In this document: positions 51,823 to 61,921 of the stretch, piece after piece | Position numbering within the stretch: the stretch's first letter is position 1 | Layout of the letters: each line of letters starts with the position of its first letter | Origin: Patescibacteria group bacterium | GTDB taxonomy: Bacteria; Patescibacteriota; Microgenomatia; Levybacterales; UBA12049 | Assembly (NCBI GenBank): GCA_035946335.1 | Contig: DASYZL010000019.1 | Span: forward strand, 12,414 to 76,413 | Direction of reading: 5' to 3' | Length of the DNA stretch: 64,000 nucleotides | Notes under the pieces: generated by a model | The model's input: the letters and a program-made list of their open reading frames with translations, nothing else | Database searches by the model: none | What the model was told of the DNA's origin: nothing | Position numbers and translations under genes: made by a program

Positions 51823-52242
51823 ATGCAAAGTAAAAAAGTTTTTCTCTCTCCTGATGTTTTTGTGGCATATATTGATCGGGCTGACCCGAAACATTTACAT
51901 GCTACAGCATTATTCCGCTATTTTGCACAAGAACGGTATGTCCTCTACGTCAATCCAAATACCATAAGTACAGTATATCAAAAAGTATCACATACTATTA
52001 GCGCCTTTGTTGCCAAAGATTTTCTCAAAGCTATGTCCTTAAGCACGATCAACTTGCTTCACAGCGAAGAAAGTGACGTAAAGCTGGTATATAAAACGAT
52101 TATCAATTACCAATCAACAGAATTATCGTTTGACGAAACGCTTTTGTCTGTTATGGCAAGCCGAAGAAGTATCCCGTTTATTTGCACATTTTCATATTTG
52201 CATCCATTATTTGGACTATCTATTTTTTATTTACCAATATAA
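51823..52242 (+). CDS. PIN-domain-like protein (putative VapC-type toxin).
   Basis: 139 aa. The N-terminal ..VFLSPDVFVAYIDRADPKH.. carries the first PIN acidic residue and later D/E positions are present. It pairs with the upstream HTH gene. The last conserved Asp is not evident. Confidence 0.45.
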   Translation: MQSKKVFLSPDVFVAYIDRADPKHLHATALFRYFAQERYVLYVNPNTISTVYQKVSHTISAFVAKDFLKAMSLSTINLLHSEESDVKLVYKTIINYQSTELSFDETLLSVMASRRSIPFICTFSYLHPLFGLSIFYLPI

Positions 52243-52594
52243 GTCAACGTATAGTAAAGTGTGATTCCCGAAATGATATAAAAGATATCGTAAAGGGTGA
52301 ATATATAATTGAATATCATTCAATAGGTACATCAGTAAAAAAGTGAGTCATATTTATTTTTGCTAAAAATCTCTTTTTCAAACCAGGTAATGCAAATGCA
52401 TTAAGTAACATTCATTATTTTTTTTCAATTACTATATGGATATTCTTGGTAATACCTATACTTGAAGTTTTCTTCGCTTTCTCTTTATACTATTGAAGAT
52501 TTCATCTTACATACTAATCCAACACAAATTTTTACTCTCATTAGAAATGAATTCTATGAGTGCTATTGCTTACACAGAGCACACGAGCAGTATC

Positions 52595-53377
52595 TTAAAC
52601 TTTTTTTGCGAACAGTATCCGTCCACTTGAAGTAGCGATAACCCTAGTAATAACAACATTGATCGATTTTCCAACTTCAGCGGCAGCATATTCTACCACA
52701 ATCATTGTACCATCGGCTAAATATCCAACGCCTTGGGTCGGATCTTTTCCGACATGTTGCAAGGCGATATGAAGTGTCTCACCCGGTACCGCAATTACTT
52801 TCAACCGATTCGCAAGTTCATGGACATTAATGGCAACAACACCGCTAATGCTTGCTTTTTTTTCCAGATTGTAGTCGCAGGTGATAATTCGTCCTTTGAA
52901 TTTTTTAGCAAGTTGGATGAGCTGGTCATCTACTAGCATATCTTTCGTGTGATTCATTACTGTTTTTGAAAGGAACAAAAATTTTATATATTTTACTTTC
53001 TTTACTTTCTCAAGACTTGCTAACCCTCTTTGTCCCCTTTCCCGTTTGACCATATCCTGGGAATCGGCAATATGCTTTAGTTCTGATAAAATGCTCTCAG
53101 GAATTACCAACGATCCCCATAACACACCAAGTTCTATGACATCAAAGATTCTCCCGTCAATAATTGCCGATGTATCAAGAAAATAACCATTGTCAATTTT
53201 CTGCTCTTTTTTCTTCGCTGTTTTCCTTGGATGCGGAATCATTCCGGGCAATCGTTGAACAAGCGTTTTTGCAATTTCATCAGCCAAAACACCGATGAGC
53301 CGTTGTTGAGAAGGTTGTTCAGCTGTTGAAACTTTTTGTTGTTCGTTTTTCTTTATTTGTTCTTCTTTTTTAGCCAT
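52595..53377 (-). CDS. PIN/TRAM-domain protein (YacL-like).
   Basis: 260 aa. The PIN-like N-terminus is ..GYFLDTSAIIDGRIFDVIELG... The C-terminal TRAM-like segment is GETLHIALQHVGKDPTQGVGYLADGTMIVVEYAA. It is adjacent to radA as in many bacteria. Confidence 0.7.
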   Translation of the reverse strand: MAKKEEQIKKNEQQKVSTAEQPSQQRLIGVLADEIAKTLVQRLPGMIPHPRKTAKKKEQKIDNGYFLDTSAIIDGRIFDVIELGVLWGSLVIPESILSELKHIADSQDMVKRERGQRGLASLEKVKKVKYIKFLFLSKTVMNHTKDMLVDDQLIQLAKKFKGRIITCDYNLEKKASISGVVAINVHELANRLKVIAVPGETLHIALQHVGKDPTQGVGYLADGTMIVVEYAAAEVGKSINVVITRVIATSSGRILFAKKV

Positions 53378-53380
53378 ATC

Positions 53381-54763
53381 TTATTCGCTCTCTTTTGGCA
53401 ATTCAAAGTGTCGCTCGTCTTTCTGTTTCCATTCCTTCTCTCTTATTCCTCCAAAAGACTGCAATACATCTTTGAGCGTTGTAAAGTCTTGTGCACTGAT
53501 AATAGTTTGCAATCCTAATTTTTTTGCTTCTCTCACTCGTTTATCTAGCATGGAAACATTACGCAATTCTCCCAGTAAACCCACTTCAGCGATACCTACT
53601 GTTTTTGGCATTGCAATATTTTTCAAACTTGCATAAATTGCCAGACAGATACCAGCATCAGCTGCAGGATCAGTCACTTTGATTCCTCCGGCAACATTCA
53701 CAAACACATCGTACGTCTCTAAAGGCAAACGGCAATGTTTTTGTAACACTGCAAGTAACAATTCCACCCGCCGATTATCTACTCCGGAGGACACGCGCTT
53801 TGGGAATGGTAGTTTAGAATACACGACTAAGGCTTGAATTTCAATAAGAAAGGGGCGTGATCCTTCCACTATGACAACCATAATGGATCCTGGCGCGCTG
53901 ACACGGGCTTCAGAGAGAAAAATTTGTTCAGGATTTTTTACTTCTACCATTCCCACCGAATCCATGAGAAATACACCGACTTCATCAACCGGACCAAATC
54001 TGTTTTTCAAGCTTCGAAGGATCCGGGTTTTGGTAAATTTTTCCCCTTCCAGAAACAATACTGTATCAACCATATGCGATAACACCATTGGTCCTGCAAC
54101 CATTCCCTCTTTCGTTACATGCCCGACAAGCAAAATCGGGATGCTTAACGTTTTTGCTATACGTACAAACGTACTCGTAGCATATCGCACTTGCGAGACC
54201 GAACCTGATAATCCACCGGTATTTTCAGATGAAACCATTTGCACAGAGTCAATAATGACCAAATCAGGTTTTTCTTTTTCAATTCCCTTTGCAATACTGT
54301 CTGTATCGGTCAGAGAAAGAAGCAAAAGGGTTTCCAATGGTTTATTCAGTAATCCTATACGAAATGCTCTCAAGCTCACTTGCTCAAATGATTCTTCTGC
54401 AGAAACATACAAGACTTTTTTGCCTTCCAGCGCAAGATTGATGCAGAGTTGCAAAAGAAGAGTTGATTTGCCAATACCCGGATCTCCTGCAATTAACGTG
54501 ATCGACCCGGCCACAATACCCCCACCCAGCACTGTATCCATCTCAACAAATCCGGTATCCAATCGTTTCGCTGTCTTGTTTGTCACCGGTTGTAATGGTT
54601 GCGCTATCACTGTTTGTCCAACAACTCCACTGCTTACTTTTACGTCATTAACACGGATTTCTTTAAAGCTATTCCATACTCCGCATTCAGGACATTTTCC
54701 TAGATATGCAGGGCTATCATAACCACATTCTTGGCAAACAAATGCCGTACGTTGTTTTGGCAT
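53381..54763 (-). CDS. radA: DNA repair protein RadA/Sms.
   Basis: It has an N-terminal zinc ribbon (CQECGYDSPAYLGKCPECGVWNSF), a RecA-like Walker A (LIAGDPGIGKSTLLLQ), KNRFG and a Lon-protease-like C-terminal domain. The Met at 54763 is preferred over 54826. Confidence 0.9.
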   Translation of the reverse strand: MPKQRTAFVCQECGYDSPAYLGKCPECGVWNSFKEIRVNDVKVSSGVVGQTVIAQPLQPVTNKTAKRLDTGFVEMDTVLGGGIVAGSITLIAGDPGIGKSTLLLQLCINLALEGKKVLYVSAEESFEQVSLRAFRIGLLNKPLETLLLLSLTDTDSIAKGIEKEKPDLVIIDSVQMVSSENTGGLSGSVSQVRYATSTFVRIAKTLSIPILLVGHVTKEGMVAGPMVLSHMVDTVLFLEGEKFTKTRILRSLKNRFGPVDEVGVFLMDSVGMVEVKNPEQIFLSEARVSAPGSIMVVIVEGSRPFLIEIQALVVYSKLPFPKRVSSGVDNRRVELLLAVLQKHCRLPLETYDVFVNVAGGIKVTDPAADAGICLAIYASLKNIAMPKTVGIAEVGLLGELRNVSMLDKRVREAKKLGLQTIISAQDFTTLKDVLQSFGGIREKEWKQKDERHFELPKESE

Positions 54764-54884
54764 ATATGCATTTTTGAATCTCTTGTTTGACAGGTATTGA
54801 GTAGCAATAAGACTGTCCAGAATCACATCCTACACTTATTTTACTACTCGTAGCCGCACAGAACCAGTAAGCAGTTTATAACAA

Positions 54885-55976
54885 CTACCGGTACATGAGC
54901 GGTTTCTCCAGGAGTACCGGAGTTAATAATATTCTTCGTTTTCTACTATCTGCTTGCACAACCGTTGCCGTGATGCTTTGACCAACAGCATAGGTAGTTG
55001 TCGGTGGAATCTTTTCCTTACGGATCATTCCCTCTGCCGGCATGCTGCCAACAGAAGATAATGTCAGCAATATGCCCGCATCTTCTATCTTGGTTACAGT
55101 TCCGCTCACTTTCTTGTCAACCGGATATGCCCGCACTATTTCTTCAAACGGATCAGCTTTCAATCTCTTGAGAGAGAGGTCAATCCGCTTTGCTTTTTCG
55201 TCAGCACCAAGAACAACTGCTTCAACAGGCTGTCCTATTTGAAAGTGCGAACTAATATCATCGATTTTCTCCCATGAAATTTCGGAAATGTACACAAAAC
55301 CCTCAAGAGTCTTGTCATGCTTTGTTAGGGTAATAAAAAGACCAAATGACGTCATACCTGAAACAATACCATGCACTGTTTCACCCTTTTTGAGTAATGC
55401 GCTTATACTTTTAAATGCTTCTGTATTCAAGACGTCTTTTGCTGAAAAGATAACTTTTTTATGTTCGCGATTGAGATCAACAATGCTTGCTTTGATAGTC
55501 TTCCCTACCAGATTATCCATATCCTCGGTAAACGGAACGTGTGACTGAGGCAAAAACCCGCTAATGCCACTTTCTGCTTCGACAAGAAATCCACCTTTCG
55601 TACTGTCAGTAACAGTAATATTAATTTTCTCAGCAGTTACCAACAATTCTTCCAGAAGTTTCCATGTTGCGTTATCGGCAAACCGACGCAAAGAAACAAT
55701 CGGATATCCCATGTCGCCTTCCGGGGTTAACACTGATGCCTCAACAGTGTCGCCTACATGAAGAAGTCCTAGCAGGTGCCTGAGAATTTTCCTATCCTTT
55801 TCCAGAACAACCGCCTCTGTCTTAGCTCCAACATCCAGAAGAATCTCTGATGACGTAATCTTTGAAACCTTTGCCTTGATAACCTCACCTTTTTTCAGCA
55901 CGACAAATGATGCAGAGTGTTTTTGTAAAAGCTCTGCCATTGACTGAGCGGGTTTATTTCCAGATGCGGTACTCAC
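54885..55976 (-). CDS. rpsA: 30S ribosomal protein S1 (short, ~4 S1 domains).
   Basis: 363 aa with repeated S1/OB motifs (..GEVIKAKVSKITSSEILLDVG.., ..GKTIKASIVDLNREHKKVIF.., ..GETVHGIVSGMTSFGLFITL.., ..GQPVEAVVLGADEKAKRIDLSLK..). Confidence 0.8.
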   Translation of the reverse strand: MSTASGNKPAQSMAELLQKHSASFVVLKKGEVIKAKVSKITSSEILLDVGAKTEAVVLEKDRKILRHLLGLLHVGDTVEASVLTPEGDMGYPIVSLRRFADNATWKLLEELLVTAEKINITVTDSTKGGFLVEAESGISGFLPQSHVPFTEDMDNLVGKTIKASIVDLNREHKKVIFSAKDVLNTEAFKSISALLKKGETVHGIVSGMTSFGLFITLTKHDKTLEGFVYISEISWEKIDDISSHFQIGQPVEAVVLGADEKAKRIDLSLKRLKADPFEEIVRAYPVDKKVSGTVTKIEDAGILLTLSSVGSMPAEGMIRKEKIPPTTTYAVGQSITATVVQADSRKRRILLTPVLLEKPLMYR

Positions 55977-56216
55977 GAAGAAAATGTCCTTTCATACAAT
56001 ATGATTCCACTAGTATATCATGAGTCAGAAAGGTTGGCAATCGTTATACATAGCTACTGGCTATAAATAGTATTCAAAAAGAAATTATGCTTCCCCTTAC
56101 TAGGACAAAATATGTTCAACAAACCTCCGAGAGCTAAGAGCTCTCGGATAGTCGCTAGTTCATTCTAGTTGGAGCGTTATTGAGCGTTTGCGAGAGAATA
56201 AAGTATTTGTTTCTCA

Positions 56217-56242
56217 ACAAAAAATCCCGCTTATTGCGGGAT
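56217..56242 (-). terminator. Rho-independent terminator after the 5S rRNA.
   Basis: The minus strand reads ATCCCGC-AATAA-GCGGGAT followed by TTTTTTGTT. Confidence 0.65.
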
Positions 56243-56262
56243 TTATGCTGGTTTTGTATTCA

Positions 56263-56382
56263 AGTCTCCGGCCTTGACCCATTGTCCCGGAACATAAAGA
56301 TCCAGTATCGTAGGCGCTGAGATGTTTCACGACTCTGTTCGGAATGGGAAGAGGTGGTACCATCTCGCTTCAAAGACCGAAA
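56263..56382 (-). rRNA. rrf: 5S ribosomal RNA.
   Basis: The minus strand reads ..GATGGTACCACCTCTTCCCATTCCGAACAGAGTCGTGAAACATCTCAGCGCCTACGATACTGG.., matching the 5S consensus (CCCATxCCGAAC..GTGAAAC..AGCGCC.ATGGTACTG). The ends are approximate (±10 nt). Confidence 0.8.
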
Positions 56383-56565
56383 GCTTCAATACAAAACCAA
56401 ATTGTCAAATTGCATGTGAATGCGTTTAAACAAGTGAAGAGAAAAAGTTTTTATCTACTCTCGACCATTAGTACTGGTAAGCTTAATGCATTGCTGCACT
56501 TCTACTGCCAGCCTATCAACCTCGTGATCTGCAAGGGGTCTAAGTGAAACCTTATCTTGGAGTCT

Positions 56566-56596
<31 letters not shown>

Positions 56597-56715
56597 AGGA
56601 AAGAACATAGCTACCCGGCAATGCAATCTTATTAGATCACAACCGGCACACCAGGGGTTCCCTCAATCCAGTCCTCTCGTCATTACGTTTGCTCAGATTT
56701 CTCTGAGGATCAGAC

Positions 56716-57679
56716 TATATCTTTACCCTCGTATAAACGTAGGGTATCGGCATATAATAGAAGTTTATTTCCGGATTATCCGGTACCTTCTATGTAAGTC
56801 GTTACGGGGACTATTCCAAAGAATTTCTCTGCGAAGAAAAATAGTTATACGTTCGCATTTGTACAATCCAAGATGAAATATCTTGCTTTGTGAGCAATTT
56901 TTTCTGTAATCTTGGAATAAGATCGATTAGCAACTTCGCTTGTCTTTGCTTAAATCGTAAATATGGCTGAAGTTTCAAAAGCATATCATATACTCTTTGA
57001 AATCCTTCAATTCGTAATTCGCTGATATGATCATTACGAATGTACACATACCCACAACCGAGGATTTTTTGAATCCACTGAATTTCTTGATGATATTTAC
57101 TATCTTGGTAAAAACAAATAACCGTTTTTACCCGGAAAATTTCTTTTCCTTTCGCAGTGCGATGAAGTTGAAGCATAATGCTTCCATCGCCGTCAAGAAA
57201 CCCTGCAATATATGCAAGTTGTAATTGATTTTCTTTAGAAAGTCTTCCCACGGTATTATCCTTTGACCTTTATCTTGAATATATCATAGGACTAGCGATA
57301 TATTCAAAGTCACGGGGACTTCACCGTTATTAGCCGAATACACTTACCACATTACTGCGGTAAGGAGCAATTGCTTACTAGGATCGACCCTCCTCAAGTT
57401 TCGACGGATATGCAGGATAGAGACCGACAATTGTGTTACATTTTCATTCCTGAAAATGATACAACATTTCTGTTGTACTCTCTATGTCGCCATAGAGTTC
57501 GGACTATATCTTATCAAGTTATATTGATTCTAGCATATAGTCTCTGAGGGTTTCCAAAAAATGGATCTTCCCTGCTGATTGACTCCACCGAACAAATTAT
57601 TACTATTGCTTATAGTATTGTCGGATACAGAGTGTTTCCAGCATTTAGCTAGATTTATAGACAGCAACGGTCTATGTTT
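56716..57679 (-). mobile_element. Group I intron in 23S domain V (I-CreI-type site, near E. coli 2593) carrying a LAGLIDADG homing endonuclease.
   Basis: The exon sequence ..CGTCGTAAGACAGT is interrupted. Group-I core strands are present: P7 5' CAGAGACUAUAUGC, P7 3' GAUAUAGUCCGA, and a P9 hairpin with a GCGA tetraloop. The boundaries are approximate (±20 nt at the 3' side). Confidence 0.7.
56811..57251 (-). CDS. Single-motif LAGLIDADG homing endonuclease (I-CreI-like) encoded in a 23S intron.
   Basis: 146 aa. LAYIAGFLDGDGSIMLQL is the LAGLIDADG motif. The size is typical of homodimeric family members. Confidence 0.85.
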   Translation of the reverse strand: MGRLSKENQLQLAYIAGFLDGDGSIMLQLHRTAKGKEIFRVKTVICFYQDSKYHQEIQWIQKILGCGYVYIRNDHISELRIEGFQRVYDMLLKLQPYLRFKQRQAKLLIDLIPRLQKKLLTKQDISSWIVQMRTYNYFSSQRNSLE

Positions 57680-57687
57680 ACTGTCTT

Positions 57688-57722
<35 letters not shown>

Positions 57723-57783
57723 CCGGCGAACAGCCGGACCCTTGGGAGCTTCTCCACCCCCAGGATGTGATGAGCCGACATCG

Positions 57784-58085
57784 CTGTCGAAAATTCTGTT
57801 ACCAGAAAATGTTGACTATCCCTTCATCCTCTGTAATCAGAGGAGCTAGCCGTATGATAGAAACTATATATTTTATCATTAGATAAAAGTATTCTATCTC
57901 ATCGTGTAATACACGAATCAGTCGATACGGGGTCACGTCTTTTTTGACTGACTTCCCTCGGTATTGTCCAATTTTTACGTTGGAGTTTACCGATTTGAGC
58001 TAGTAAATTTTAATTCCATTGCATGGGTTAAATTCAATGGATACCCAGACTAAAACGTTACCGTTTCGGCGCCCCAATGTTATTA
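57784..58085 (-). mobile_element. ORF-less intron (~302 nt) in the 23S at the E. coli ~2500 site.
   Basis: The exon GGCACCU | ... | CGAUGUCGGCUCAUCACAUCC is split. The intron ends in G (..UUUUCGACAG) preceded by a GUAA-capped hairpin and a GAUAGUC (P7 3'-like) element. The 5' exon ends in U. Confidence 0.65.
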
Positions 58086-58128
58086 AGGTGCCAAACCGCA
58101 TCGTCGCTGTGGACGCTTGGATGCGATC

Positions 58129-58161
<33 letters not shown>

Positions 58162-58202
58162 AAGTTCCGCGCTTACCACTAAGCATCGGAAGATCACTAA
58201 CA

Positions 58203-58234
<32 letters not shown>

Positions 58235-58619
58235 CGCAGTTAAGCTGGCTTATGCGTTTGCGCTATCACCTTGATTTCTTTACAAGGTTAGCCAACCTTT
58301 GTACGACTCCGTTGCGTTGTAGGAGTCAATCGCCCCAGTTAAACTGCCCATCAAGCACTGTTCCGTTGCCAAATTTTTATGTGGCTCACGGTAATGGTTG
58401 CTCATTCCAAAGAGAGGTATTTCACTATCGCCAAAGCTCCCTCCTATTCTCAACATATAAAATGAACTCCCAAATGCCAAACTACAGTAAAGCTCCCGGG
58501 GTCTTTTTGTCCATGCATACCTAGGCCGCGTCTTCACGGCCATCTCAATTTCGCCGAGTAGATGGTCAAGACAGTTGCTCAGTCGTTCTACCTTTCGTGC
58601 GGGTCGGAACTCCACGATT

Positions 58620-59555
58620 CTCCTCAATTACGTGAGGCGTAGACTATATCTTCACCTAATACTTCTAGAAGTTCCTCTTTTTGATATCTTCTTGCTCCAA
58701 AACCATTCATTTGATATGAAAAATCCAAAATTTTCTTTAGAGTATCCTTTTGCAAATGTTTACGTTCATATACCATCCGGCATACTACCGCAAATAAATC
58801 AAAATCTTTCTTTTTTGAAGAAAGCAATGGATAATCTTGAAAATGTGGAATAACTTTCATTATCAAGTCTTTGATACTCCTCACCTCAAACTTGTGTGTT
58901 CGATCACTCGGATTCTTTCGAATAGTACCGCAATCAAGAAATGTTTTAAACAATGTTAAAACTTCTTGACGATCGCTATTTTGAGAAACCGAAAAACTCG
59001 GTCGAACTTCAAGTCCAGTTAAGAGTTTTGATCTTGGAGAAAAAGAAATACAGAAACTTCCTTCTCCATCAGCGTATCCTGAGAGATAACTACCGATGGA
59101 ATCCGTATTAAGCGCTGGCGTGTTAGGCATATTATAAGTATGCCTCTGATTCATAAATGAATCAAGTCGTTACGGGGAACTGTTTTGTTTACAAAACAGT
59201 TCTTACCCACGGTTTGACCCTCATTTTTGCATGCTACCTTGTTAGCACAACATGATAGGGCTTTACCGTTTTAAGCCAGTACGGGGTTTATTATCGCCCG
59301 ACAAGGAACTTCGCTACCATAGACTTATATTTATTATCCTGAATCTAACTACCAGGAATCCTTTATGTCGCCATAAAGATCGGACTATATCATCTCTGTC
59401 TAATGCAGAGTTTGGCGTATAGTCTCTGAGGATTTTCGCTAGTGCGAATCTTTCCTGCTGATTGACTCCACCAAACAGATTATTACTATTTCTAGTACTG
59501 TTGGATACTGAGTTATTCCAGCATATAGCCAAATTTTGTAACTGCCCTATAGTTT
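58620..59555 (-). mobile_element. Group I intron in 23S domain IV (I-CeuI-type site, E. coli ~1917-1931) carrying a LAGLIDADG homing endonuclease.
   Basis: The exon ..GTAACTATAACTGTC is interrupted. The core elements are homologous to the 56716..57679 intron (P7 5' GUAUAGUCUCUGAGG; P7 3' GAUAUAGUCCGAUC; a P9 hairpin with GCGA loop). The 3' boundary is approximate. Confidence 0.7.
58624..59154 (-). CDS. Single-motif LAGLIDADG homing endonuclease (I-CeuI/I-CreI family) encoded in a 23S intron.
   Basis: 176 aa. YLSGYADGEGSFCISF is the LAGLIDADG motif. The ORF runs to within a few nt of the 3' splice site. Confidence 0.85.
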   Translation of the reverse strand: MNQRHTYNMPNTPALNTDSIGSYLSGYADGEGSFCISFSPRSKLLTGLEVRPSFSVSQNSDRQEVLTLFKTFLDCGTIRKNPSDRTHKFEVRSIKDLIMKVIPHFQDYPLLSSKKKDFDLFAVVCRMVYERKHLQKDTLKKILDFSYQMNGFGARRYQKEELLEVLGEDIVYASRN

Positions 59556-60990
59556 GACAGTTATAGTTACTGCTGCCGTTTACTGGAGCTTATATCCTAG
59601 ACTGGTATTGCTACTTCATCAGAGATATTTGACTTACCAGCACTGGGCAGGTGTCAGCCCCTATACGTTGCTTTTCAGCTTTGCAGGGACCTGTGTTTTA
59701 GATAAACAGTCGCTAAGCAATCTTTTGTTGCAACCACGATGAACGTGGTAGGGCATCTCCCATAGGTTACGCCCAGCTTTTGTGCCTAGTTCCTTGGCCA
59801 TCTTTCTCTCGATCACCTTGGTCTGCTCGACCAGCCCACCTGTGTCGGTTATGCGGTACGGAAGTATGTAGCTTTGTCTGCACTTGCGTGAGACGTAATG
59901 AAACTTTTCCCGGAAACTGAAACCTATCAAATCAATCTGCCTTGCGACAAACTTTTTCATCACAGCTCAAATAAACAAAACAACGGATTTGCCTGTTGTC
60001 TCTTTCTTGCTGCTTAAACGCGCCTTACGGACGCCTGATTGTTCCAATTTCGTCATTCCCTTACACGATTCTACATCCTGTAGTCGAATTGTGACGACTT
60101 GTCCATCGGATTACACCCCATTACACGAGGCACATCCTTAGGGCCGACTAACCCTTCGCTGAATTACATTGCGAAGGAAACCTTGGGCATTCGGTGGTAC
60201 AGATTCTCACTGTACTCTCGCTACTCATACCGGCATTCTCACTTGTCAGCGCTCCACCAAACCTTATGGTTCCGCTTCGCCGCACTGACAACGCTCCCCT
60301 ACCAATTGCATTACTGCAAGTCTCTAATTTCGGCACATGGCTTGATCCTCCTGAATTTCCGGCGCCAAGAATCATCCGCCAGTGAGCTGTTACGCTATCT
60401 TTAAAAGGTGGCTGCTTCTAAGCCAACTTCCTGGGTGTCTATGAATCTTGACTTCCTTGTAAACTGAGCCATGATTTAGAGGCCTTAATTGAGAGTCTGG
60501 GTTGTTTCCCTCTAGACCCATCGGCTTAGCCCGACAGGACTGACTACTAAGACAAGATCGTATGTATTCGGAGTTTGATTGGTTGCTACCTCTTGCGAAG
60601 CAGAAAACCATTCAGTGCTCTACCCCATACTCCTTTTATCTTAGCGCTATACCTAAATATATTTCGGGGAGAACCAGCTATCTCCAGGTTCGTTTGGCAT
60701 ATTGCCTCTAACCTCAAGTCATCTCAAGTCATTGCTGCGACTACGAGTTCGGTCCTCCCCCTGGCTTTCGTCAGAGTTCAACCTGCTCAAGGTTAGCTCA
60801 CCTGGTTTCGGGTCTATTCCCATCGTCTAATGCCTAATTAGGGCACGCTTTCACTACGCCTTCGTAACCATTGTTACTGAGACTTGACGATGCAGAATAA
60901 CTCACCGGTTCATTCTTCAATAGGCACGACGTCACTTGCGCTTCGTCTGCTTGTCAGCCAACAATTTCAGTTCTCTTTCACTCCCCTTCC

Positions 60991-61021
<31 letters not shown>

Positions 61022-61660
61022 CGTTCACTATCGGTAGATTTTGGTATTTAGCCTTGGAGTGTGGACACCCCGAATTCCCACAGAGTTTTATCGTGCTCCA
61101 TGGTACTTAGGTACAAACTATCGGTGTTTTTAATTTTGCGTACACGCTTTTCACGTTCTTTGAGGAACCATTCCAGATTCTTCTGCTACTAAAAACACAT
61201 CAAATATCGTTTGCCCTGTAACCCCACAAAAAGTGGTTTAGGCTCTTCCGGTTTCGCTCACCGCTACTAACGGACTCTCATGTGATTTCTTTTCCTCGCG
61301 CTACTGAGATGTTTCAGTTGGCACGGTACCCTACCATACACTATACATAGTATTACTACCATACTTTTATATATGGTTGACCAAAAGGCCGGATTACTCC
61401 ATTCAGAAACCGCCGGATCGAAGGTTGATGGCACCTCCCCGACGAGTATCGCCGCCGTCTGCGTCTTTCCTCGGCCAAAATCTCCCAGGCATCCATTGCT
61501 GGCATTATGAGTAGATAATTAAAACCTTACTCCATCAGATCTTTCCGCGTATGCGCGGTTAGATGTGATGGAATCTCTTCACTTGTCAAAGAGCACTCAC
61601 GTTTTATCCTCTTGGATAAACCTCCTCTTTCTAGGAGGCTTGCCGAAAAGGACAAGCATG

Positions 61661-61733
61661 TGGACCTAAGCGGACTCGAACCGCTGACCTCTTCATTGCA
61701 AATGAAGCGCACTACCAGCTGTGCTATAGGCCC
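61661..61733 (-). tRNA. tRNA-Ala, anticodon TGC (rRNA-spacer type, upstream of 23S).
   Basis: GGGCCTA-TA-GCAC-AGCTGGT-AGTGC-G-CTTCA-TTTGCAA-TGAAG-AGGTC-AGCGG-TTCGAGT-CCGCT-TAGGTCC-A. G3·U70 is present. Confidence 0.8.
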
Positions 61734-61921
61734 GAATCCTGACTTTATTCCAAATATGATTTTACTAAACGTGCGGGAATGAAGAAAATCTACTTATGAA
61801 GACAAAAAATAAACTTTACGGAGTTTTCTGTACTGCTTTTTGGACGACTTTCATAAACGGATTTTCTTATTCCACAAACAATCTTATCACAGCCTCAAAG
61901 AGGTGTCAATACTGAAGAATA

